DNA from: Pelomyxa schiedti | Taxonomy: Eukaryota > Protista > Evosea | Assembly: GCA_020536535.1 (NCBI GenBank) | Contig: JAHLWZ010000626.1 | Coordinates: forward strand, 62,001-126,000 | Reading direction: 5' to 3' | DNA length: 64,000 nt | In this document: positions 1 to 11,936 of the stretch, piece after piece | How the letters are laid out: each line of letters begins with the position of its first letter | How positions within the stretch are numbered: position 1 is the first letter of the stretch | Made by a program: the position numbers and the translations under genes | Notes under the pieces: model-generated | The model's input: the letters and a program-made list of their open reading frames with translations, nothing else | Databases searched by the model: none | Told to the model about the DNA's origin: nothing

Positions 1-546
1 TCGCACAACAACAGTTTCGTTCTGGACCGGCGCCGGCGCCGAGCCCCGCATCCTCCCACAGAGGGCAGCCCCTTACAAGAAGGAGGCCCTCCCACCACCC
101 ACAGCGACAGCGACTACTCCCCAACAAATTCGGCAACGCCCGACCCCGGGCCGCCGTCGCCGTCGCCGTCGTCGCCCGTCGTCCCACAATTCGGCGGCGT
201 AAACAGCAACTACTACCTGGTCAACCCGCCGCTGCCGCCGTACAAGGCCACGGCCACGTTCTCGTCCATACGGCAGAAGGTCAACCAGATACGCAAGACG
301 TGCATGGCCCCTGGCTTCTTCTCGTCGCGCAAGCAGGCCAGCGTCGTGCAAATAGTGCAGAACCTAGTGGTGCCGTTCGACCAGGACCAGGAGCTGGCGC
401 CGCACCTCCAGCTGCACCTTCAGAGCATAAACGACGGCACGCCATCAACCCCCCCGCACACTCCGGGGCACTTGAATCGGAAGCGCCACTCCCACTCGCC
501 CTCACCATCCCCCGGCCCGCTGAGGAAGCCGAGGGATGATACATAA
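1..546 (+). CDS. 3' part of a hypothetical protein that starts before the window; Pro/Ser-rich
   Basis: Frame 1 is open from base 1 to TAA at 544-546 (SHNNSFVLDRRR...KTCMAPGFFSSRKQ...KPRDDT*), GC-rich coding-like composition; no family recognised. Confidence 0.5.
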   Translation, partial: SHNNSFVLDRRRRRAPHPPTEGSPLQEGGPPTTHSDSDYSPTNSATPDPGPPSPSPSSPVVPQFGGVNSNYYLVNPPLPPYKATATFSSIRQKVNQIRKTCMAPGFFSSRKQASVVQIVQNLVVPFDQDQELAPHLQLHLQSINDGTPSTPPHTPGHLNRKRHSHSPSPSPGPLRKPRDDT

Positions 547-696
547 ACCATGGAAGGAAGGGTGGAATGAGCGAGCGAGTGGGTGTGTGTGGTGAGTGTG
601 TTGACTCGAGTCCTGTGGCTGGAAGCTGAAATTATGCCGCTACTAACAGAGGGCAACAGCAAAAAAAAAAAAAACAAAAGAAATGTGTCGATAACA

Positions 697-1458
697 TTAA
701 GTTGTCTTGTAATAATAGTTCAGAATACAACTATCACACATGTCCCACCTGTTTGCATCGAAAAAAAAAAAAGAAAGAGAGGTTGTGTTAGGTGAAGTGA
801 AAGCCCAATGTCAGCGAGGAACCTGCAAACGGAACAATGTGCAACTTTAGTTTCAGGTCTTTCCCTCTTTGATACATTGCAGACTAAACACCGGAAACTG
901 CGCAAAACATGGGTCAGGGTGTATGAAAAAAAAAGAAAACAAAAACGCACCCTTGTTGGTACTGTCCAGACTCCCTTGTCAGGGACTGAAGCGTCATGGC
1001 CTTTAGAGGGTGACCTTGTGAGCAACTGGGAGGTACGGCGATTGTGAGGGGAACGTCCCGTATCTGTCTAATTACGCACAGCTCACACAAATCATAGCTT
1101 TTTTTTTTGAATCGAATGTTAGTACCACCCCCTCAGAAAAGTTTATGTAAAAGCTGAACGTATGGGAGTCAATATACCAGCAAAGAGGGCAATTGTGTGA
1201 AAACAGTGGTTGTGCTCCAAAGTGATAGGTGCCCATACAAAGGTTGCACATAAACCTATTTCGAGGGGAAAAAAAAAATCAGTTCAAGCCGTCAATGGCA
1301 CAAGTGTGAAATGTTGCGGGTCCAAAGGAAATTAAAAAAAAAAAAGCAAATGCAAAAGCAAACCCTTTGTCGTAGTCTTTGTGGATTACTTCCAGTTCAG
1401 GCTTTCCCATCTTCAAAAGTTTATGGCCCTTGTCGCACAACAAACCAAACCGCGGCAT
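697..1458 (-). CDS. Small 148-aa protein with two tandem ZZ-like zinc fingers (CxxGH..CxxC..HCxxC.[YW]D[LM]CxxC)
   Basis: Hand-spliced exons 1364-1458, 1178-1255, 951-1097, 823-897, 697-748 (all GT-AG, 447 nt) give MPRFGLLCDKGHKL...FMCNLC...HNCPLCCYDLCELC...CSQGHPL...FRCLVC...AHCSVCRWDMCDSC...KTT*. Confidence 0.8.
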
Positions 1459-1678
1459 CTTCCCACTGGCCCTTTTTTTCTTTTTTTCGCTGCGAGATCT
1501 CACGCTTCTTCGAAATGGCGAAAAAGCAAGAAGCATGGCGGTGCGATTTTAATTTGGAGAGACGAGGGCCAAAGGGCTATTTCCCCTGAGAGGCGGGGTG
1601 AATATTATATCCTTATGCTATTATGTGATCTGACAGATTCGCTTTGCAGAGGTGGGTGCGGTGATTTGACTCCCACAC

Positions 1679-4600
1679 TCACAGGGCAGTTACTTGAGAC
1701 AAGGTGGATATTGGGGTGGAGCACAAGGGGCACAGCCTCTGGCTCGCGGTGCTGTTGATGAGGCCCACGGCGCAGCGCTCGCAGGTGGCCTGGTGCCCGC
1801 ACGGCAGCAGCATAGCCGACACCAGCCGCTCCGAGCACACCACGCACGACCCGGGCAGCCTCAGCCCCGCCGCCATCTCCTTCTTCTGCTGCCGTTTCCT
1901 AAGCGGCCTCGGCTGCTGTTGCTGCTGCTGCTGCTGCCTCGACGCGGTTGATGAGGCCGAGGCCGATGCGGATGAGGATGAGGAGGTGATTGTTGATGCT
2001 GATGTTGGTGATGGAGTTGGTGTTGATGTTGTTGGGGGTGCTGGGAATGATGAAAGGATTGATTGGGAGGGCTGGGGAGCTGGGCGCGGTTGCGGGATGA
2101 GGGCAGGTGATGCGGACGCGATTGTGGTTATGGGTGTGGGTGTGGGTTGTTGTTGGACTGGAAACTTTGGCCAGTCTCCCTGGGTACTTTTGTTGTTGTG
2201 GTTAGTTTTTGGCTTGCTTTTGTGTGGCATACCCCATGGCCATAAGGTGGTCTTGGAATTTCCGTTGAGCTTCTTCTGGGGAAACACCCTCAAAAAGCTC
2301 ACCTATCATGTGATGTAACAAAAATAAATAAAAACAGCATCAGGCGTACCACAGTTGCGGGCAGAGCATCTTATAACATTTCCATTGTGAGTGTGCTCCC
2401 CGAATGGAGACTTAAGTATGTAATGCTCCGCATGAAGTCGTGGTACCATACTGGGATAGAATCGTCTCAAATGCACAAACAACTTGTTGCGCGATGTGAA
2501 ACTTGCACCACACTCTAAAGTTTTGCATAAGTATGGACGAAGCAACGAGAGGGCCTCTACCTGAACAGGTTGTTTTGTGCAATTTGCCTACGGTTATATC
2601 AAGCTTGGGATATTTCGCGCCGTGCCTTGCTGCCTCTTCTCTGTGTCCTTTTTGCTTTGCTTCTTCAATTACTCGCACATATTCATACGTGCCAACTTCC
2701 TGGAGAACAAAGAATTGTTGCTCTTCCACTGTGGGAGCTGCAATCTAATTTGAGGTTTGCTTAGAAATTGCTCACAGTTTGTAAAGAACGTACTGGAAGT
2801 TCTTCAATTCCTTCTGGGATTTGATATGGGTTTTCGTAGTGCTGGAGGGCCCACGAAACCAGACCAAGAATATGCTTTGTTACCACTTGGGGTGGTGTTT
2901 TTACTGGGAGCATCCCACTCATAGAACAAACCTAGGAAATATAAAACAGGGAACAATGGAGGGCATATGTAAACCTGTTCCAATCTTTTCACTTGTGAGA
3001 CTCCCTTGAAGAAGTCAATGAGGTGCTGCTTATCAGTAGCTGGGAGAACTCCTAAAGTACGCATATATCTTGAATACTTCTCACGAGGTGTTTGATGTGC
3101 AGAATGCACAGCAAGGAGAATCAAAAAGCGGCGGAATATATTCATGCAACAACTCTCGAGATGGCTTTTAGCTTGTAACGCAGTAGATTTTTTCTTCAAC
3201 GGGTATCTGCACCCATTAAATGATACCACCATTTTCTTTAAATATTGACCTCTTCAAGCAACGCAAAAATAGCTCTCTGAATAAAGCATCTCGTACATGT
3301 GCCCAGGGAACCACTAGCAGTAACATTAGAATCAGATACAACAAATATAAGTTATACCAGCCAGAGAGAGGGAGCAAATGGCCTCTTCCAGTGAAGGAAA
3401 CGATCCAGAATAGCGTGGCCTGAACAGTGAGAATTGCATCCACCTTGTGTAACCATCTGTAAACACTCCATCGCGGTTTTGAAAATTCAAGTGTGTTGCA
3501 ATAAACATGGATGTGAAATCTAACAAGATTAGCAAGGGCAGATATGAATGCTTTACCGAGCATGGTGTATGCATCAAGAGCTTCATAAAGTTGCTCAGGA
3601 TCAACTCCGCCCTTCTTGAAGAAACTCTTGGAAATTGAAAACAAGAGATGTGGCACAACACGAGACAGAAGATTTAGAGAAAACCTTCCCAGAGTTAGGA
3701 AAGGAAACATAACAACTTCGTACCTGTCTTCTGTAGCATAGGCTATGCGTGACATCGCTGCGCGAAACTGATTGAGGAAAGTAGTGGCCTGTGTTGCTTG
3801 CGGCTGAAAAGTCAACAGAGGTACCCAGTCACTTATATAAAATAGTTTCCCTTTGGAATTTCGGTACTTGAGTGTCCATAAGTTTTATAATTTGCTTCCT
3901 TCTGTCAAACCTGCATAATTCTAAAGTTGTCAATGTAGTCTCGGTTGATAAGAGAACCAAATCCACGACCAGCCAGAGGGCGTACTTGAAACTGGTACAA
4001 CGTGTTAGAAAGAAAATATTGATAGACTTGAATACCTCTGGGTCACCCTGCATTCCCATAGCATAGGCTTCAGCAGAGACATACACGCCAATAACAGGAC
4101 GCATTTTTGGCAACTTCTGCAATGCTTCACTTTGTTTTTGAGGTTCTAGAATTGTGACTTGATCTGTACCAGATGGCCTTAGTGGAAATCTGGCCAAAAA
4201 TAAGGAAAAGATAGTACTGTTATATTGCATGATTATTACTTGTGCATACACGGGAAAAAGGAATCCCTCAGTGGAATTCTCCAGTTGCTCAACCCAGGTC
4301 TGTAGCCATTGTGCCAACTGTTGTATAATGGCAAATGGTTCAGCAATAGTGTCATCAGCAAAGTGGCAGGCAGACGAACTAAAGGTCATTGTCTTCCAGT
4401 TCCAAAATTCCAATTCCTGTAACTAGTGAGCTGAAACACCAATTAATGTCGAAGGAAATACGTGAGAAATAGTTTCTTCCACAAGTTTGAGTAAGCTTGG
4501 ACTTGATTCCACACACTCACGTATCTCAAACATAACTCTGAAGGAAAAAGTTTTAGGGCACTGGTAGCTCAATACTACTTTCGTACTGGAAAACAATGGG

Positions 4601-6000
4601 TGGTACTTCTTCGGCAGTCACTGGTTTGGCAAGTACATCATGAATCAAAAGTCGGATACACTTGCACAGCTTCACCAATCCAACTTGGTCCGCTTCACTG
4701 CTTAGTAGTCAACAAACACAAAGAAAGAACTCGTAACAAAGGTTTTTAAATAGGGAAACAACCTCACTTTTTGCGTTGACCTCAGGGAACTGGCAGACAT
4801 GTCATTCCTCACAGACAAACAACGTGGAGAACAGTGTATGGCAAGGCCAAAAAAGGTATTGTGTCTACCAGGGTGTTGACCGGTAAGATAGCACTGTTTG
4901 TTCATGCAAGCATTTAGGGCATCCAGTTCCTCTAAGAAAATTGTATTCACTACAGTCATTTGAACTCAAAACAAGGTACCTTTAGAGTGTGCTATGGGCA
5001 CAGCATTTGGCACCACGGAGGCAACCAGTAAGGACTTTAAGAGGGCACGAGGTGCGGCAATAGGTTTTTCCGCCCATGGGATGCCACCATAAGGGAGCAT
5101 AAGCTGCAATTCGCGAACCGGTGGAGCTTGTGAGGCAAGAGGGGCAAGGGTCGAAGCCGTGGTGGTCGAAGTTGTAGATATTGTGGGAGCAGGATCAATC
5201 ACTGAAGAAGAAGAAGATGACGATGATGAAGAGGCAGTGCTGCTCACACGAGAAGACTGCATGGTCGAAACATTGACAGTTGTGGAAGGTGTGGAGGAGT
5301 TTGGTGACAAAAATGTGACTTCGTCCATTGTTGGGTCATCGTCGAGGACAATGACGCCAGAGGACAAGGAACTGGCGCTCATGCTGGGCCGCGACCCCAT
5401 CATTGGGGTGCCGGTGCCCCCTGTGTGCGCGGGTTGCACCGCCGCGGGAGAATTATGGGAGGCGGGTTGGCGCTGCGACGAAGAGGCCGAAAGGTCCGGC
5501 GCGACCTGGGGGGAGGACTGAGGGACGCGGGAAGGCTGAGAATACGTGAAGGGGGCCAGAGGAGGCGGGGAAGAAGAAGACGAGTCCAGGTTGGGCCTCG
5601 CGTCCACCGCCCCTCCTCCCATAATCCCAGGCTGTGCCGGCGGCGGCACCCTGGACGCCGTCGGCTGCGGCAACGTCGACCTCCCATCAGACACCAGCGT
5701 CATAGTCCCACTGGGCGACGCCGACGCCTTTGACTTCACGGCAACTTGCTGAGGTTGTTGCTTTTGCTGCTGCTGCTTCTGAGGCCTTGGGTGGTAGACC
5801 GGGTAGGCGACCGAGTTCCTCTTGAGGACCTCGCGCCAGTTGTTGGACGCGGACGTGCCCTGGGCGGCGGTCGCGGCCGCCGACGCGGCGTTGCTGGCCA
5901 CGGTGGTCGCGGCGCTGGCCGCCGCCGTCGCCACGGTCGAGAGCAGCCCCGACGCCGACCCCGCCACGCGCGACGCAAACTGGCGGAACGTTTTCTTGGC
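1679..6000 (-). CDS. Large multi-exon C-terminal RING E3 ligase-like protein with an internal C2H2 finger; start not resolved
   Basis: C-terminal CVVC..LLPCGH..TCERC..CPLC (C3HC4, IAP/MGRN-like RING); YLCKTLECGASFTSRNKLFVHLRR C2H2-like at about 2470-2540; a colinear chain of minus-strand ORFs from 5967 to 1679 joined by short introns; Ala/Ser/Gln-rich N-terminus. Confidence 0.7.
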
Positions 6001-6507
6001 TGTTGGGGCCTGGTGTGTTGTGGGTGGTGTTGATTTTGTTGTTCGATGGTTTTTTTTCTTTTTCCGTTCGTTGGGGTTTTTTTTTTCCTCTCATGTGGGT
6101 AATCACACCCCAAATGTAATCACAAAGGGTAGAGTCCTACGTTGTGATGAGCATTGAGCTGCTATCACACCAGCAGCGTTGCGCGGTTAGGCACGAGTAG
6201 CTTTGCATTTCATATTAGGGGTGTGTAATAGTGTTTGAAGTGGAGGACTTGGTCACGAATTAGCTCAAGTGGAATGGGCAGTTCTTGGGAACATGATCGA
6301 AGCAGGAAGAAAACAAAGTATTCAAGAAATACACTGGTTTTTTTTATTTATCAATACAATCATACAAAGGAGGCAACTTGGATGAACCCCAAGTAAGAGG
6401 GTTGAAAGGACTGAGCCTTTTCCAGGGAGTCACTCTGACTACGAATGTGTTCAAGAGCAGCCAGAGCGGAAATAGGTTGATGAGCTAGTAGAATGTGTAT
6501 TCCGGCT

Positions 6508-7026
6508 TCATGACCTGCCAGAAAGAATTCCGACCTCAGATGGATTCGGATTTGTGATAGTACAGCTCTGAGAATCCCAAAGATTGTGGCACTTGGAGCA
6601 GACCCAGCCATGGCGCTGGTAGAAGACTCGCTTGCCGCAGTGAGAAAGATTATGGGAATCCGAGGCCTCCTTCTTGTCGCTGGCTTCTTCAACTTCAGGA
6701 AGTGCGGGAGAAGGAGCAGAAATTGAAGCGGCTTGTGGGACCGGCTCGGTTTTTCTCGGCTCCCAAGGGGCATAACACTTGGAACAAACCCATCCATGGC
6801 GATTGTAGAAAACCTGTGAAAGCAAAGGTTAGAAATGCTACGAATATATGTTTCAAAAACAAAAAAAACAAAAAAACAGGACGGGATGTGATACCTTCTT
6901 GCCAATATGGGTGGTTCCGCAACATCCAATTTTCTTGGCCTTCGAGGGAGACTTGGACTTTACAGCCATGTAGGCGTTGGTGTTGTTTCCCTCAATGATG
7001 TTGACAAGTCGTTGAATCATTTCCAT
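6508..7026 (-). CDS. Small protein with two near-identical zinc-ribbon-like motifs (..GK[KR]VFYxRHGWVCSKC..xW)
   Basis: Exon from ATG 7026 (MEMIQRLV...IGCCGTTHIGKK) splices to VFYNRHGWVCSKCYAPW; second copy SHCGKRVFYQRHGWVCSKCHNLW; 3' end uncertain (stop at 6508 or a further exon to about 6356). Confidence 0.6.
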
Positions 7027-7252
7027 TTGTTTTTGTTTGAGTTTGCTTTTGTTTGTTGTCGCTCGAGTTGTTGCTTGCTGTTGTTTGTTTCTTGGGTTTT
7101 TATTTATTTGTGTTTTGTTACAGAAGATCGGCTTTGCTTAAAAAGCCCCTAACGCCATCTTCTATCTTCGATGGAAGCTTCTACTCTGGATGGAAGCTTC
7201 CATCGGTCGCTCGGGTTAGCCGAAGTCTATCTGAACAAGGAAATAAACACCT

Positions 7253-10200
7253 ATGCAGATGTTTCGTCACTTCCGCATGTTCCAAGACTCGAGTACAGCT
7301 GTACCGACACCTAGATCCCAGAATCCGATTCCAAGCCTTCTCTCTTCTACCCCCACGCTATCTTCTTTTCCTTCTCTCTCGGGACTAGTCAGACCCAGCC
7401 TTCTTCGTTCCTCTATCAGATCTCTTCAGGAAATTGTGATTGGTTGTGCAATTTCACAATACTGCGAAGTAAGGGAGTGATGCGGCGTATACCACACAAG
7501 ACTGTGCCGGTGCCAACCAGGCGTGACATCGATGCAGAATGTCAAGCAATGTTGAACGTGGTTAATCAGAACACTGCCGATCGGGCGGCCGTGCACCAAG
7601 TTTGCCTTTTCTACTGCCCTCCCCCCCTTTTTTTTTTTTTGTTGTTTTTTTTTCCCCCCTCTCAGTTGTGCACAACGTGATTTCTTCTTCGTGGTGCCGT
7701 TGTTTGGAACAAAACAAATGCATCCGTGTAAATAATAGCGTGATAGGACGCTTTGACCAAAAAAGGACCACCAACAATCATCACCAAAAGGTCTGCAAAT
7801 GACAAGAAGGTAAGGTTTTTTTCTTCCCCTCTGCCCTTTGCCAAACAAATTAGGTATACTTCGATAAGTGGTACAATGCCGTGAAAGTGGAACAAGATGC
7901 TGAAAACAAGGAAGCCTTAGCAAGGACCACAACTTGGTCGGAGGCAAAACTGAGGCAGTAAGTGACGCAAGATGGAATGGCAGTGACCAATTCTTTTTTT
8001 CTCAAAGTGAAGGATTTACTTTATTTGATATGATTGCTGAGCGAGGTGGCACACTGTATTCATCTGACTTGATCAAATTTCGGCATACCCAGTTCCCTCG
8101 GCTCCCGTTTCACCGATTCCACCATGTATTCATCCTTTGTTTGTGCAAATAGCCATACCAGAGCCCAACCTAAATTTCCATTAAAAGGGTGACTCTATTG
8201 TAGTCAGTCGGACTGCCCCCCATAAAGATTGCTTCTTTGAACTCAGTGTCCTTGACAGACACCCTGACTGCCTTATGTGCATGTGCATACATCCACCCCC
8301 AACTTTGTTTGAAGGGCTCCTGGTATCTAGATATCTCCAATATGACTTGCTTATCGTTGAAGAGATTGGACATTGGAAGTGATAATGTGACGGTGGGAAG
8401 AACATTGAGTGCCTTGTCGAAGTTCACTTCCCAGCCCATTCCAAATTCTTTGCAGGATAGAGTTCTGCAAACAAGTGGTGTTGGTTTGCCTTCAGCCACA
8501 ATTCAATCCCCAATAGCACCTTTCTTCCTGGGGTCACAAGTTCCCTTGTCTCAGCTTGCCTCAAGACCCCCTGTGCGTAACCTCCTTTTCTTCTATTTCT
8601 AAAATCCATGAAGCCCGAAAAGCTGATGTGTCACTATTCAAAACCTCTACCTGCAGATTTTGATACATGGAAGATGAACCCCAGTCAAAGGAGTGCTTTA
8701 CTTAAAGTGATAAACAGGTTACTACTTTTAGGAGGCCAATGTCCTTAGAATCCTTCAGATCTTTGAGTCTTATCAAAGGACCTCCTGGCACAGGAAAAAC
8801 CCAGACCGCCATTCATCTTTTGAGGCTCTTGGTTCATTATTTCAAGAATGTGGGAATAACATTACTAGCAACAGCCTATACGAATGTATGCCCTATGTTT
8901 TTTTTTTTTTCCTTGAGTGAATGTTTCCATAAGGTGGGTACAGATAACCTTCTTGAAGGACTGATCAATGCTCACAGTGTGTCAATAATGCAAATGATAC
9001 ATTTCCCCTCACCTTTAAAAGTAAAAGCCTTGAGAATTGGCTCTCCATGTAAGGTCAGGGACCACCTGCGCTCAGCAACAGTTGAAGCTCAGCTTGAGCA
9101 GCACCCTATTATTCAAGTACTATTCTCCATTCCTATTGGTTTTCACAGTTGAAAAGAAATTAAGAAGTCAAGGGAAGCCGATCCCCAAAGATGTCGAACG
9201 CAATATCAATAAATCTGTTATATATGTGAGTCTCTTCCATTTTTTTATATTCTAAATCTAGTGTGTTAGAATGCCGAAGTGATTTGTGCTACTTGCATTG
9301 GAGCTGGTTCCCAATTTTTGGATGATCTTTACTTTCCAGTTGTGGTTTTAGATGGTTTGTATCGGGGCATTTCTTCTTCACTTATACTAGGCAGAAAGCA
9401 CACAGTCCACTGAAGTATCAGCACTATGCGCTCTATCAAAGGGATGCTCTCAATTAGTTTTACTGGGTGATGACAATCAACTGGGCCCTACAGTATTAAC
9501 TTCGAACCCTGAAGCAAGTTAGTCCTTCTTCCCCTAATATATATGACTTTAAATCAGATGCCCTTCTTAGTCGAAGTGCTTTCCAACGCTTTGTGGAAAG
9601 TGGCATAGAACCTTATCTGTTAAATACCCAGTATCGAATGCATCCTGGCATATCAGAGTGGCCATCCATTCATTTCTATGAAGGAAAGATGATAAACGGA
9701 GTCTCTGAAGCAGACAGGCCACCAGCACGAGGTTGTCCCACTCTGTAACATTGCTTTTATTTAACTCAAGTTAAAGGTTTCCCTTGGCCAAATGCAGGAA
9801 TACCTGTTGCATTTATACCCATGTTCACACCTGAGACTGACACTGGTGAGGGTAGCAAGTCAAACGCTGATGAAGCCATTTGTGTCTCTACCGTATTTAT
9901 CCACAGAAATTTTCTTCGTAGAATTTATTGTGCTTGAGATTGTGGCCAAGTTTGCAGATGCCCGTGTACCCTTACATGATATTGGATTAGTCACACCATA
10001 TTTGGGTCAAGTCCGTCTTATAGGCGATAGACTGAGTAAACTTGGTTTTGAGCACACCTCCATTACTGAGACTGACGAATACCTGGAACTTAATAACACC
10101 ATTACTGTTCACACAGTAGATGCGTTCCAAGGGAGAGAAAAGGTTTGGTGCAAATAAATGACCCTCTGTAACCTCGCTTTAGGAAATAATCATTTTCTCG

Positions 10201-11258
10201 GCTGTACGATCCAATCCAGAGAAGAACGTTGGATTTCTTCGTGATTGGAGAAGGATGAATGTGGCCCTGGTAATATCATACATTTAGTGGTGTACTTATT
10301 TGTACAAAGACCAGACCAAGATGTGGCCTTATTGTTGTTGGCAATCCCTTAACTTTAGACCAAGACCCAGTTATATTTCGCATTTCCTTTAAAATTTAAC
10401 ATGCATGTAGCATTGGCACAGTTGGCTTGAGTGGATACATGCAAAAAACCTTGTTTTTAATAATTGGGACTTCTTGCAGAAGACTTTAAGAATGCCACCT
10501 CCATGTTCAACCTCAACCTCAACCTCCCACAGTAACACTCAACCAATTCAGTCTACACATTCTGTAAGACATAAAACGACCAAGCCACCATTTTCTCCAC
10601 ATAGTCCCGAGGATTTACATCCTCCCTTGATTAACTTGGACGTTTCTCCAACCCCGTCCACTGAACTCAGACCCATTGTGTGTGGTCCACGATCTCCCTC
10701 TCCAGTGCATACAAACGAAAACACTCCTCCGCCTCCCACTGACCAATATCCACTTTCATCTCTTCCAAGTGCGCTCCCAGAAGCAGTCAATTCAGATGAA
10801 CCCTGTTCCTTGTCATCTCTATCAAATGGATGCCCTCCCCCTTCAAAGGAACGCACCTCGCCTCCTTATGTTCCTGATTCTCCCTCCCCTCCAACTGACC
10901 TTACACCAATTACACTGACTCCGCCTTCTTCAAACACCTGCAGTGCGCCTATGCCTACCACCCACACCAGCTCAGCTAACATGCCGCCACCACACCTGCC
11001 CTTAGCATCACCATACCGGTACATATCCCACACACCACTACAGCAGCACTCGCTGCCCTCCTACCAACAGCTCCCATCACCCAACATCGAGCCTCATCCA
11101 TTCCGTTCCTTCATACCTTATGACACCCTCCGGCCTCCTGGAATTCCATCAGCACAGCCACCACTGCCAGTACCACTGCCACTGCCACTGCCACTCCCAG
11201 TGCCACTCCCAGTGCCACGACCACCGCCACTACTACCACTGCCACTGCCACTGCCACT

Positions 11259-11314
<56 letters not shown>

Positions 11315-11436
11315 CACCAAACCATCAACAACGGACCAGCCTTCCCATCAAGAGGTCAACACCTCCATCCAGCGCCATGCAACAGCAGACATCAACCAAG
11401 AAGCACCGGAACCATCACCACCACCATCACTCCTGA
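7253..11436 (+). CDS. UPF1/DNA2-like SF1 helicase (AAA_11/AAA_12) with a Pro/Gln/His-rich tail
   Basis: Walker [21 protein letters not shown], spliced motif [57 protein letters not shown]; lacks the UPF1 CH domain, so it is not the NMD orthologue proper. Confidence 0.9.
11260..11313 (+). repeat. (CAACAG)9 coding microsatellite (Gln18), preceded by CCACTG (Pro-Leu) repeats from about 11161
   Basis: Read directly from the sequence. Confidence 0.95.
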
Positions 11437-11936
11437 CCTGGGGCAAATTATTGATTTCACTGAGCTCAAGCAGCTTCCATAGTGTCTCTCCCCATGAAAA
11501 ATGGATGGGAACCCCAACAAACGAGTGCCTTGAAGAAAAGCCTCGTGGATGAAGACACTTGGTGAAATTGTGCAAAATTGAATATAGTGGAACTTGCTTC
11601 CTTGTCCACCTGTGCCAATTTATTTTTTGTATTTTCTGTTTCTGATCTCCAGCAGAGAAAAAACAATTAAAAAGAGCTGATACTGGTGGGCCCCTCTGAG
11701 CTCCCCCCCCCCAGAGTCTCTGAGGCGATTATGAAAGAGAGTACAACCCAGTTTTTGTTGAAGCACCGTTTGCAAAGCGCCTCAGAATTAGTCTCTCCCC
11801 TGATCCTCAAGTTAATGAGGACGCAAGGAAAAGCGGCTCAGAAGATAAACTCCTAAACCCAACGATCAACCACAGTTTCGCCCGCATTGACAAGAATGGG
11901 CGTTGCAAAACAACAAGGGAACAAAAAAAACAAACG

